64,000 nucleotides of DNA from NCBI RefSeq assembly GCF_006345805.1, contig NC_042998.1, positions 1,116,001 to 1,180,000 on the forward strand, in the 5' to 3' direction. This document shows positions 12,615-24,680 of this stretch, piece after piece; the stretch's first letter is position 1; each line of letters opens with the position of its first letter. The position numbers and the translations under genes are program-made. This DNA is from Octopus sinensis (lineage: Eukaryota). The notes under the pieces are model-generated. The model worked only from the letters and a program-made list of their open reading frames with translations, did no database searches and was not told where the DNA came from.

Positions 12615-12616
<2 letters not shown>
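12303..12616. repeat. Near-perfect long inverted repeat (~130-bp arms, ~58-bp spacer) ending at (TA)n
   Basis: attacgttatataattagggt..ccgaactttagaaatagcagccaaaaaatttagctatttcctctact..gtctcccagacaatgtatactcaa and its reverse complement at 12490-12616. Confidence 0.92.
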
Positions 12617-12668
<52 letters not shown>

Positions 12669-12724
12669 TATATATATATTATATATATATATATATGTAT
12701 GTATGTATGTATGTGTGTTTTGTT

Positions 12725-12935
12725 TGCTCTACGCTCGCCATCACTTGACAACCGATGCTGGTGTGTTTACGTGCCAGTAACTAAGCGGTTCGGCATAAGA
12801 GATGGATAGGATAAGTACTGGACTTACAAAGAATAAGTCCTGGGGTCAATTTCTCCGACTAACACTCTTTAAGGCAGTGCTCCAGCATGGCTGTAGTCAA
12901 CTGACTGAAACAAGTAAAAAGAAAAAAGTAAAACA
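12725..12935 (+). mobile_element. SINE family B, 3' half
   Basis: acttgacaaccgatgctggtgtgtttacg...aagaataagtcctggggtc...gcatggctgtagtcaactgactgaaacaagt. Confidence 0.85.
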
Positions 12936-12949
12936 AATCTATCTATATA

Positions 12950-14201
12950 CAGGGGTTGGACAAAATAATGGAAGCACCTTAAAATTTCAAAAAAATTTAC
13001 CTTAATATGAGGTAGGACCGCCTTTGGCAATAATTACAGCTTGCATTCTACGAGGTAAGGACTCGTACAAAATTTGAATCGTTTCTAAAGGAATTTTTGT
13101 CCATTCTTCAGCTAAAACAGTCTCCTGTTGTTGTAGTGATGATGGTGGAGGATATCGACTCCTTACTTGTTTTTTCTAAAATACACCATAAAAGTTCAAT
13201 AATATTGAGATCTGGAGATTGTGATGGCCAGATAAGATGTCCAACTTCACTAGAATGTTCCTTGTACCATTCAGTAACAACTTTCGCTGTGTGAATTGGT
13301 GCATTATCATCCTGAAAGATTGCGCTCCCTCTGGAAACAGTTCCGTAACCATAGGATGAATTTGATCAGATAAAATGCTTAAATAGTCTTGACTATGAAT
13401 TCTGCCATGAAGGGAAACCATTGGGTCGGCGGATTTCCAAGATATAGCTACTCCCCAGATCATCACAGATCCTCCTCCATATTTAAGAATTGGAAGAAGG
13501 CAGTCTGGGTCAAATGCTTATTTTGGCTGTCTACAGACGTATACTCGGTCGGTGGTCGGAAATAAGGTAAAGGTTGACTCGTCCGAGAAAGTAACATTCT
13601 TCAACTACTCTAGGGACCAATTCTGTAGGTTTTTACTCCACTCTAAACGCTTTGTAACGTTTGTTTTTGAAAGTAGTGCTTTTCTGATTGCATCCCTCCC
13701 GTGAAATCCGGCTTTGTGCTGCTCCTGGCGAACAGTTTTTGTGGAAACTGGGTTCTCGGGGTGGTCATTAAGTTCCGCAGTAATTTTGGGAGTTGTACTT
13801 TTGTGAGCCTTTCTAACAATTCGCGTAAGAGTCTGATGGTCCCTATCTGAAAGTTTTGGTTTTCTTCCGGAATTTTGTTTCGACAAGGAGGTTTTTCCTT
13901 CTTTCTCAAAGGCTGTCAATACTTTTGAGACAGTACTTCTTGATACATTTCGGCTGTTTTCGTTAGGCTAGTGCCTGCCATATGAGCACCAATTTTATTT
14001 CTTTGAGATAGATCTGTCATTTTAATGAATTTTATTTACCTTTCTCTGATGATATCTGAAAAGAAACAGCAATTTTAGCAAAACATATCAAGCAACAGTA
14101 ATAAGAAAAAAAAACATAAAAAAAAAGCATTTGATGGTTTTATAGATATTTCAAAATTATGATGCTATGATGCTAGGTGTTTCCATTATTTTGTCCAAGC
14201 C

Positions 14202-14204
<3 letters not shown>
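12950..14204 (-). mobile_element. Tc1-family DNA transposon (DD34E type), full length, degenerate transposase
   Basis: ~30-bp TIRs caggggttggacaaaataatggaagcacct / aggtgtttccattattttgtccaagccctg with TA TSD. Minus-strand pieces [33 protein letters not shown] and [12 protein letters not shown] are broken by stops and frameshifts. Confidence 0.95.
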
Positions 14205-14281
<77 letters not shown>

Positions 14282-15771
14282 TACAAAGATAAATTGACAG
14301 ATAGATAATCTATATATGCGTGAGTGTGTACGTATGTGTATGTGTATATGTGTGTGTGTATTCTCCACTCTGTTTCTTTGACATTTATAATCGCGGATAA
14401 TGTTATAGCGTTGAAACGCTAAGATATTTCCATAGATATTTCTTTATTTGTTTTGGTTAAAAGCAATTTCTCTTATTACTCAGTTTATATTTTCTGTTGA
14501 AATATATGTTATATGAGAAAGCGCTTCAAATGCCAATCTGAATGAATTGGGAATGGAAATTAAAACTAGTATATAGATCTGAAAGATAAAGATAGCAATC
14601 TGTATTAAATTAGGAAAACCATTACGATGATGCCAAAATCGAACTATTAATATAATCCTGTGTGTTTTTATTTTAACTGTTTCCATCGGCATAATATCCG
14701 ATCAGTTTCAGACAATATATTTTTAGCATATACGTTTTCCCTAGAATATGTTTGAACACATATCTGTTATGGAAATTTATTGAGTATCACCAGTTGTTCG
14801 CAATTTTATTTCCATTTCAACTACGCTCTTTCTATCTCTCGCTTCATTTCATTGTAATATAAATATGTTTTGTCTTTCAATTCTGGTTGGTTCACTAACA
14901 ATAAATTTAATTCGATTTAATTTAATCATAGTGTTTGCATCTTTTATCTGCTCCCAATGGTGTATCGGAGAATATACAAGAAAGAATTGTATTGAAATTA
15001 GGAGTACAAAAGATTGGATTTTATTGACATTAATCTATAAGGATCTAGCAAATAATTCACTTCAGAAATATTGAATCTTAGTGGTTTATTACAATTAATT
15101 CTATAATATCATACAATTATATTCTATGGAATGCGGTTGATATATTTTTCCTATCCGATTGTTTTTCAGTAAGAATCCATTTCTTCTGGATAATGATTTG
15201 TCAAAGGACAATCAAATATTGTGAGATGTTGTGGCTTTCATCAGTGATATTAGTAGCTAAAGAGAAATGCTATTTTATCAATTACAAACTTAAGCGTTGC
15301 TGTGGTTTTCGTTCCTTTATTATTCACTGCTTTGACTTGGTAAATATAAGTTTGATCTACGTTCTGATTTTAACTATATTCTATTCAAAGGAGATTTGCT
15401 GTGCAAATCATATTCTCGAAGTAATTAGCAGTGTGAATAGTTGCTGTTGTTGTTGTTGAACTTCAGGTTAGATTTGATCAAAGCAGGCTAATGATAAGAG
15501 ACAGTTCAGCTCTGAACATTTTTTATTCTTTTTTTTTTTTTAGGAACTTCATTATTTGAATTTTGCCCTTCCTTTTCCAGAGACAATATTCTTTAATTCA
15601 AGAGGAATTTAGTAATAATTTCTACCTTGTCTAACGAGAGACGAGACTTTTGTTGGCCAGCTGGACAGCGTACGTAGCACTTGAATCAATCAAGGCCAGA
15701 GAGATAGCAGCGGTGATTGTAACTTGCCGAAAACTCACTCAGTGGCTCATAATAATATTATAACAAAGGAA

Positions 15772-15995
15772 GGCGGCGAGCTGGCAGAAACGTTAGCCCG
15801 CCGAGCGAAATGCTTAGCGGTATTTCGTCTGTCTTTACGTTCTGAGTTTAAATTCCGTCGAGGTCGACTTTGCCTTTCATCCTTTCGGGGTCGAATAAAT
15901 AAGTACCAGTTACGCACTGGGGTCGATATAATCGACTTAATCCGTTTGTCTGTCCTTGTTTGTTCTCTCTGTGTTTAGCCCCTTTAGGTAGTAAA
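15772..15995 (+). mobile_element. SINE family A monomer
   Basis: ggcggcgagctggcagaaacgttagc...gagtttaaattccgtcgaggtcgac...gtgtttagcccc. Confidence 0.9.
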
Positions 15996-16286
15996 CAGTT
16001 TCGTTATATTAGTTTTGGGGGGGTTTTTTTGCTGTTGCTTTGCTTTGCCAAAGAGGCAAGTTAAAAGAAATTAAATGGAGCTGTAGACCATTTACAAGGA
16101 ACAATAGCTAGAAGGAACAGAAATCAGCTTATAAGAACCTTTAAAGTTTTGAACACAATATACTCACTTCCCAAAAGATGAATGAATAAATAAGTCTCGT
16201 TTCTTTCACTGAATATCACTTGTGTCAAAGTAATACGTATATATCTCACATAAGGTCGCAGTTACCTTTATTGTTTCCCTTATATA

Positions 16287-16706
16287 TATATTTCTTTATT
16301 GCCCACAAGGGGCTAAACATAGACGAGACAAACAAGGACAGACAAAGAGATTAAGTCGATAACATCGACCCCAGTGCGAAACTGGTGCTTTATTTATCGA
16401 CTCCAAAAGGATGAAAAGCAAAGTCGACCTCGGTGGAATTTGAACTCAGAACGTAACGGCAGACGAAATACCTATTTCTTTACTACCCACAAGGGGCTAA
16501 ACACAGAGAGGACAAACAAGGACAGACAAACGGATTAAGTCGATTATATCGACCCCAGTGCGTAAATGGTACTTATTTAATCGACCCCGAAAGGATGAAA
16601 GGCAAAGTCGACCTCGGCGGAATTTGAACTCAGACGTAGTGGCAGACGAAATACCGCTAAGCATTTCGCCCGGCGTGCTAACCACTCTGCCAGCTCGCCG
16701 CCTTCC
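16287..16706 (-). mobile_element. SINE family A, dimeric form
   Basis: Same internal junction as 933-1350 (aaagaaatag|gtatttcgtctgcc). 15-bp TSD tgtttcccttatata at 16272-16286 and 16707-16721. Confidence 0.9.
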
Positions 16707-16817
16707 TGTTTCCCTTATATAACTACTACTTTTTACTCATTATCTTTCTTTTAGTAAAGCCAATGAATTTGCATTAAATAGCAAAGTTATACAAAAGTAT
16801 ATATAACTCTGATAAAT

Positions 16818-16835
16818 ATAATAATAATAATAATA

Positions 16836-16892
<57 letters not shown>
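16818..16892. repeat. (TAA)n microsatellite
   Basis: Direct reading. Confidence 0.95.
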
Positions 16893-16893
<1 letters not shown>

Positions 16894-17395
16894 GGTATGC
16901 AGGATAAAAGTACAAATCTAAGTAGAAGATTCAATCGCAGTTCTGCGAGATTCGGATTATTGGCCTAAATATATTTTAGCAAAGTTATCTTTCGTAGCTT
17001 GAAATACAATTCACCCATAGCCAGAAATGCCGTAAAAGAATCTAAACTACGGCAAGTTTGGTTATGATTTACAGTCCGTTATTAATACAGATGAGCATTC
17101 AGGCAACCTACACTTCACTAGCGTTAATATTTGACGTCAGTGATTGAATTCTTCCTGGCAGTTCCGGTAGGGAAAGTGGCGGTAACGTCAGATGTGTTGA
17201 TGTGTTCATCTCTGGATTGAAATTGACATAGGAAGTTAAGTGTGGGTAAAATTTGGAGAAATTCTAACGTTCTAATAACTCACTAACTAAATACATAAAT
17301 AACTTGGCCCGAAAACATTTCAACAGTAGAAATCGCTCACTATTACCAATGTAGTAAAACTAATATTTCTCTCTTTCTCTCGTTCTCTCTCACTC

Positions 17396-17397
<2 letters not shown>

Positions 17398-17474
<77 letters not shown>
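17398..17474. repeat. (CT)n microsatellite
   Basis: Direct reading. Confidence 0.95.
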
Positions 17475-17477
<3 letters not shown>

Positions 17478-17504
17478 GTAGACATACCCGTATGCATATA
17501 CGCA

Positions 17505-17773
17505 TTCTGGCACTCAACGGAACCGTCTGCTGCTCGTGAGTTTAACGTGCATGTGGTTGAGCAGACATGTGTACGATTAATGTAGTTCACAAGGAAATGC
17601 AGCGTGACACGGGATGTGACAAGGCTGGCCCTCTCAAATACAAGTACTACTCATTGTTGCCAGCTGAGTAGATGTGAAATATCGTGTCTTGCTCAAGGAC
17701 ACGACACACCACCGAGTATCAAAGTCACGGCCATGCTCTTGTGAGCCGAATACCTTTACTAAGCTACGCGCCT
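17505..17773 (-). mobile_element. SINE family C-related copy, diverged
   Basis: Reverse complement shares gggccagccttgtcac..gtcacgctg..gaactac with 18520-18620; tRNA-like head near 17700-17773. Confidence 0.7.
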
Positions 17774-18109
17774 TCCTCGCACGTTTAGTTACTCAGTCAA
17801 AAATTAACACAAAATAATATGCGTAAATACTATTTCTCTTCACTTCTTTCTCTGTTTATATATAGAGAGATAACACTGGTCGGTGATGTAGCGAAAAGCC
17901 GGCGGACTGTGAATGAATTAACTATAAGCGACAGAAACAGCCTTTGTAACAAATAATTATTAGTACATTCAGCTTAAATTGGATCTGTTTTTTAGAATGC
18001 CTTAGACTGCGGGAAACGTCCCAAGAAATCATTTTATGTTGGCGACGAATGTTAAACAGCATATGTTAATATCAACTGATGAAATTTTCGTTATCACCGA
18101 TGGATGGCC

Positions 18110-18157
18110 CTACTGTATCACGTGATTTCACCGTAAATTGCGGATCGTCAGCAGTAG
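18110..18157 (-). ncRNA. Type I hammerhead ribozyme motif
   Basis: Minus strand: ctactg-CTGACGA-tccg caattta cggt-GAAA-tcacgtga-TA-cagtag. Perfect 6-bp stem I, palindromic stem III, AUA triplet, one U-U mismatch at the base of stem II. Confidence 0.85.
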
Positions 18158-18319
18158 TTAACCCAACACCAAATGCCAGATCGAAAATCAATCAAACCGA
18201 AAAGCACGCGTGTTTGAAAAGATTAATCGAAAGCGCTTACACACACTAGGAAAAAATAGTGTGTGTGTGCACATACACATACACACATATATATGTATGC
18301 ATATACATGTATAAGGGTA

Positions 18320-18695
18320 GGAGGCGCAATGGTTAGGGCAGCGGACTCGCGGTCGTAGGATCGCGGTTTCGATTCCCAGACCGGGCATTGTGAGTGTTTA
18401 TTGAGCGAAAACACCTAAAGCTCCACGAGGCTCCGGCAGGGATGGTAGTGATCCCTGCTGTACTCTTTCACCACACCTTTCTCTCACTCTTACTTCCTGT
18501 TTCTGTTGTACCTGTATTTCAAAGGGCCGGCCTTGTCACTCTCTGTGTCACGCTGAATATCCCCGAGAACTACGTTAAGGGTACAAGTGTCTGTGGAGTA
18601 CTCAGCCACTTACACGTTAATTTCACGAACAGGCTGTTCCGTTGATCGGATCAACCGGAACCCTCGTCGTCGTAACCGACGGAGTGCTTCCAATC
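18320..18695 (+). mobile_element. tRNA-derived SINE family C
   Basis: Head ggaggcgcaatggttagggcagcggactcgcggtcgtaggatcgcggtttcgattcccagaccggg with pol III box-like motifs. Body homologous to 4418-4595 and 17505-17773. Confidence 0.85.
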
Positions 18696-18789
18696 CAATA
18701 TAAGGGTAATGCTAAAGTGGGCATGACTCTCTTATTAACTGACATGGATCTTACAAATTATGCACGTTGATAAAGTAAGTCCTCCCCTA

Positions 18790-19600
18790 TAACAACGGTA
18801 CCATTAAACATAATATGCATCTCAAGCTCTCAAGAGATACATATACACTATCATTGAACTAATTTCTCAAGTTCTCCATGAAAATTCATGCATGCAGTGT
18901 TGCATCAACTTCTTTTTTAAAACCACATTCACCCGATCGAAGACTGATTTGATACATTGGACGGAGCAAGTGAATGTCAGAGGACGCCGGATGCGGGCTG
19001 CAGGATCAATGGTAGAGCAATGGTCAAGTCAGTTTGTTGATTACATCATTTGTAACCAACAATGTGTATAGTTATGCGTCATGGTGAGTGGAGGTCGTTT
19101 TCAAATTCGTGTTCAGGTCTTAATGTGTCACTCGCTGTTCACCGTATAACATTCCCGAAAATCAAGGACACTAATACACTTGTCCTCTCTCTCCCAACCC
19201 AAACAATCAAAAGTCAGATGCCATGACTTTCTGTGCCGATCGCTGGCTCTTGAATTTCTGAGGCCATGGAAAAGAGATGCAGCACCATTCTAGGGACTGA
19301 GTCTTCGTTTTCCGATCATAACGATACACTCACATTTCATCCCCTGTTACCAAATAGAAAACCTCAAGCTGTATTAGAGCAGATTAGAGCAGACTCAGAT
19401 TTCTCTCATTCAGACCAGGTACCAACTGCCTGCCTAGATCTTCAGTTTGCACACGATTTCTGACTTCTAAAATCTTTCTTCATCACCAGTAAGACATTGT
19501 GCAGCGAGCTCGTGCACTGGGACTCGACGAATCAATTCGCCCACTCGCCGACGTTTGGTGTCGGTGGTCGCCGTTGATGGTTACCTACCGCCTGGTTTGC
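18790..19600 (-). pseudogene. Highly degenerate mariner (DD34D-type) transposase
   Basis: Minus-strand remnants VTGDEM*VYRYDRKTKTQSLEW..FPWPQKFKSQRSAQKVMA and ..PSDIHLLRP. Confidence 0.7.
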
Positions 19601-19746
19601 ATTCACTGTTGGTTTCACTTCCTCTAAATGCATTTACCCATCTGTGCACATTGCTCTTGTCAATGAATTGTACACGCATATACACACACATATAGGCTCT
19701 CACACACATACACATACATACATGCATGCACACACACATACACACA

Positions 19747-19966
19747 TACGAGTGGGTGCTGAAAAGATCCTGGCTTTAAGGGTTTCGCGAAAGGCTTGGT
19801 CCAAGGCGCAACCTTCCGAGTTCATTTTACGGGGTTTAGAAGAACTGAGGACGGCTACAGTAAGTGTGCGAATCTAAGAGGAGAATATGTTGAATAAAGC
19901 CATAATTAACTGATCCACCTGTATTTTCTTTTACTCAAAGCCAGGAACTTTTCAGCACGCTCACGT
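19747..19966 (+). mobile_element. Mariner-derived MITE, copy 2
   Basis: TIRs tacgagtgggtgctgaaaagatcctggc / gccaggaacttttcagcacgctcacgt; interior ends gaatatgttgaataa. Confidence 0.85.
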
Positions 19967-20096
19967 TTACATATATATATATATATGTATATACGCATAC
20001 ATATTCGAATATATACTTATACACGTGGAAGTACACACACGCACACACACGCACACACGCACACATACACACATCATATATATATATATATATATA

Positions 20097-21802
20097 CACT
20101 ACCGTCAGAAATTAATTAACACCCTTGATTTGCTCTTCACTCAAGGTATTTGCTGTCACCTAGTGGCCATATCTCGAACTATTGCTTTGTTGCGAGTTCA
20201 CTGTTGCGCAGAACGATGACGTAACTTTGTTTGCAGAGCGGTTTGAGAGTCTACAGCCTAATAATGTTGACATAGCAGTGCAACAACAACTTGGAGTGCG
20301 GATGCAGACAAATCTTCCTTTGTTTAATAGATATAGGTAGCGCCTCGCAAGGACCGAAATCACACCGTACTAAGTTTTCTCATCGCGTAAGACGTTTTGA
20401 ACAGCTCGTAGGTTAATTGATTCGTGTATTTGCAAGATTTTTTTTCCTCACAAATTCTCCTACACTCTGCTTGGTGACGTCACTTCCGGTTCACAAAACT
20501 TTCTGTTATACATCAAATAAGGTGAGAAATTCTGCTTTCTTTCTTTTTTGTTTAATGAATAATAACTCATAGCAGTTTTGTTATAGCATAACATTATTCA
20601 AATAAATAGTTTTAATGAAAATAACTGGTTTTTATCTTTCATTCCTAGATTGGCCCAAGACCTCGCATGACCTTGGAGAGACGGTACGAGGCTCTCTCGT
20701 GGCGTGGGAAGCTGTCGGAGGTTGCAATAGCCAGAAAACTTGGTATAGCCAGGCGCACAATTCAGTGCTTATTTAAGAAATACGAGGAAACCGGATCAGC
20801 AGCTGACAAAAAGGGTAGGGGACGGAAGAGGCTGACGACCCAGCGGGAGGACCGGATGCTGATCCGAAAGTCACTGTACAACCGAAAGGCAACGAGCCGG
20901 CAACTGGCGGAGGAGATGCAAAAGATGACAGGGAAGCAGTTGTCTACAACCACCGTCAAGACCAGATTACTGGAAGCTGGTCTAAAATCCTGTAGGGCCA
21001 CCCGTAAGCCGCTCCTTACAGCCCAAAACCAGAAGAGGTGGTTGCTCTGGGCCCGTGCCCACAAGACATGGACCGTGCAGCAGTGGCGGACAGTGATGTT
21101 CACTGACGAGTCGCGATTCAGTCTCGTCAGTGACAAGCCTGTCCGTGTGCGACGCCGCAGGGGTAAACGCTTCAACAAAGGCTGCATTGTTCCCACCATG
21201 AGGCATGGTGGGGGTGGTCTGATGGTGTGAGGGGCGTTCAGCTACAGTGGTGTTGGGCGGCTCTATGCCATCGAAGGCAACATCAACGCAGCAAAGTACG
21301 TTGAGATAGTACGGGATACCTCTTTGGTGGCGAGGAGTACGTGCTCCAGCAGGACAACGCGCCTTCCCACACAGCCAAGCTCACAACCAGTTCCTTCAAG
21401 GACCATATGGGGTGACGGTCATGGACTGGCCTGGCCAGTCACCTGAACTGAACCCTATTGAAAACCTCTGGAGTCGATTGGGTAGGGATTTGAATGTGCA
21501 ACAATACAGGAACCGACACGAACTGTTTGGGGCACTTCTTGATGCATGGGAGGCCATCCTTGCACAGTACCTGCAGGCACTCATAGACAGCATGCCGACC
21601 CGCGTAGCAGCTGTCATTGCTGCCAAAGGAGGAGCAACAAGATATTGACTAAATTTCACGATTAATAACAATTATGTGGTGTGCTGGGATATGTTTTAAT
21701 AAATTTTTGATTAAAAACGAGTTCATTTCTGATAATAAGTTAATTAAATTAAGAAAATGTAAGAAAATGTAGAAATTTGAGAAGTGCTAATTAATTTCCG
21801 AC
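20097..21802 (+). mobile_element. Tc1-family transposon (DD34E), GC-rich transposase, few disabling mutations
   Basis: Left TIR cactaccgtcagaaattaattaacac follows TA. Right TIR gtgctaattaatttccgac lacks its last ~7 bp. ORF pieces 20667-21230 and 21412-21648 carry GRGRKR, FTDES, GGGGLMV*G, QQDNAP and WPGQSPELNPIENLW, with D-34-E spacing after one frameshift correction. Confidence 0.95.
20475..20489 (+). promoter_or_regulatory. Overlapping CRE (TGACGTCA) and ETS (ACTTCCGG) motif upstream of the Tc1 transposase; candidate internal promoter
   Basis: gtgacgtcacttccggtt lies ~30 bp before a strong splice donor (AAG|GTGAGA at 20521/20522). Confidence 0.45.
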
Positions 21803-22545
21803 TTTTAAACGTAATATGCTTTAAAAACGTAATATGAAACCCATGTGTCGGGGCTCCTAATCAAAATATTACGCATGGCAAACTTTACAATCATGGGCCT
21901 AACCCGTTCGTGCAAAAATTTTGCATTAAGTATTTTAGACTACATTGCCTCGGCAACCATAGCTAAGCAAGCAAATCGTGATCTGCACATGCTTCCTGTC
22001 TTTGGAAGCATTTTTGTGCAACCTGTTTTCATAGAGGGGCTAAAAGGCTAGCGATGTTGTTCGTTAAACATGCCATGTAATCTCATAACCTTGTTTACAA
22101 ATTTATGCATACATACATACATACATACACACATACATACATACATATATACATACATATATATATATATATATGCATATATATATAAGTATTTATATAT
22201 GTGTATGTGTATATATATATATATAAATACATTCATGCATATATATATACACGTATATATACATATACATACATATATAGATATATACACACACACATTA
22301 TATATATATATATATATACACGCACACACATATATATAAATATATATACGAGTGTTTGTGTGTGTGTGTGTGTTTGTAGATATGGTTATGCGATTAGTTT
22401 GCTTTAAAAACCACATTTTCAGGTTTGATGCCTCTGCACTTATCTTAAGTATTTGTATAAAATCAAGATCAAAATCTATTTTACCGCCTCCACATAGGGA
22501 AAAGGATATTGAAGAAGCCAATCCTGAATACAATATGCCAGAAAA

Positions 22546-22705
<160 letters not shown>

Positions 22706-22813
22706 TATATATATACCGGAGTAAGCACATAATGTAAAACAAGGTGGGAAAAGGAGTACTCAAATACCAGAGGTAGAGTAATATGCTTTATTTAAAAGCA
22801 GCAGAAATGTAAC

Positions 22814-22860
22814 AAAAGCTGTTACTCAGAGTTTCACGTTCCCGTTCGTTGGACAGTTTT
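22814..22860 (-). ncRNA. Hammerhead-like motif with mutated core (probable relic)
   Basis: aaaactgt-CCAACGA-acg ggaa cgt-GAAA-ctc t gag-TA-acagctttt. Stems I, II and III all pair, but the core deviates from CUGANGA at two positions. Confidence 0.6.
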
Positions 22861-23299
22861 GTTAAAATAGAACAGAAATAACAATTCTTATTTCTGTTAT
22901 ATTTCTGCTGCTTTTTTATAAAGTAAATATATATAAAGGCAGAAACAAGATATCGAACAATAAAAAATATGTGTATAAGGTCGACACAGAAATATGTACC
23001 GATCAAGAGGATTAACCGGACGCATGGGAAAAAATAATGACAGGTCAGGAAACTGCACTAAACAGACAACAGTATTGTGGAGAAGGTAGGAGTGTCCTCG
23101 TACCAAACTTACGTTCAGACGCACAAATGAAACAAAGCAACTAAAATATCTCTGAATACACTCCAGCTTTCAACAAAACAAAACACCTGCTGCTATAAAG
23201 ATATCGTTACACATCGTAGTAAAATATGATAACATTGTAGTAAACATAAGATAACATATAAGAAAGTATATTAATTATCCTGGAAATACACTACAGCAA

Positions 23300-23605
23300 G
23301 AAAACAATTATGAAGTTTCGATTATGGAGCAAATACTTAAGAAAAAGTGGAAGTGGATTGGTAGAACAATTAGAAAAGACACACCAAATGTAGCGAAAAA
23401 TGCTTTACAGTGGAAACCGGGTGGATACAGAAAGAGAGGTAGGCCTAAGAACTCGTGGCGGAGATCAACACAAAAGGAACAAGAGAAAAGGGGACATTCA
23501 AGGCAGAGTATAAGTACAGATGCGAAAAATTATGCGACATGGAATTCAACTATAAGTGGCCTATACTCCGAGTTGGAGGGTTAAAGGCATAAAGAAGAGA
23601 ATAAG
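23300..23605 (+). mobile_element. RTE-clade LINE 3' end fragment
   Basis: ILKKKWKWIGRTIRK..AKNALQWKPGGYRKRGRPKNSWRRS matches the conserved RTE C-terminal motif (W.WIGH.LR..AL.W.P.G.R.RGRP..TW). Confidence 0.8.
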
Positions 23606-23734
23606 TCTTATTAATTTTGGTACTTTAAAATAAGTATCAACTGATACTTATTTTAAAAGATGAAAGGTAAAGTCGATCTCAGTGACATTTGAACTCTGAA
23701 CGTTAAAGAGCCGGAAGAAATAACCATACAGCCA

Positions 23735-24115
23735 TGCCTGTGTAGGTGTTGGCACCTTGGGCAACCGTCTTCTACTACACATCTGTGCCGACCAATAAGT
23801 TATGAGTGAAGTGAGTAGGCGCAAATTGAAAGAAGCCCGTCGTAGATGTGTGCGTGTGTTCGTGCGCGCGTGCGTGTGTTCGCGCGCGCGTGCGTGCGTG
23901 TGTGTGCGCGTGCGTGGTGTGTGTATGTCTTTATGCTTGTCCTCCCCCACCGCTTCGCAACAGGTGTTGGTTTGTTTACGCCTTTGCATCTTTACAGTTC
24001 AGCAACAGCAGCCGATTTAATATGTACCGGAGTCGATTTTTTTTTCGACTAAAACCATTCAAATCGGTGCCCTAGCAGGGCCACAGTCTAATAACTGAAA
24101 CAAGAAAAAATAAAA
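23735..24115 (+). mobile_element. SINE family B, diverged, internal (CG/TG)n tract
   Basis: ggcaccttgggcaaccgtcttctact...gaaagaagcccgtcgt-microsatellite-...ggagtcgatt...gactaaaaccattc..ggtgccctagcagggccacagtc. Confidence 0.75.
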
Positions 24116-24434
24116 GATGTCAAACGATACACCTAGTAGTGAGCGAGTGACCACAAAATATATAACTACAGTCCAGATAGCACGACTTCACTAATCGTAA
24201 GACAAGACAGGCCAAACTCCGGCCTCACAAAAACTTGAAGTTCTATGTCCAGAACTACAGATAATCACAAACTACATTGAAGCAGTGAGTCACTACACTA
24301 GAAGTATAAGCTTTCAAGATAAAGAATAAACGATATACATAACACATTAATATAACGATCATGTACATACCAGCACTAGCTGCAACAATTCTTTCGCCAG
24401 ATTCACACCCAAACTTCTAAAAAAAAATAAATGT

Positions 24435-24680
24435 TCCTTCTCGAGCCATGCCAGGCTCATAATGGCCGGTTTCCCGGTTTCAGCAGCGTAGAAATTCCCC
24501 ACCTGGACGGGTCATCGGTCCGTCGCAGGATTACTCATTTTTGTCAGCTAAGTGGACTGGAGCAACGTGAAAATGAAGTGTGTTGCTCAAGAACACAACG
24601 CATCGCCCGGTCCAGGAATCGAAACCACAACCTTACAATCATAAGTTCAACACCCTAACCACTAAGCCACACGCCTCCAC
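24435..24680 (-). mobile_element. SINE family D
   Basis: Reverse complement homologous to 5538-5798 along its length. Confidence 0.85.
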
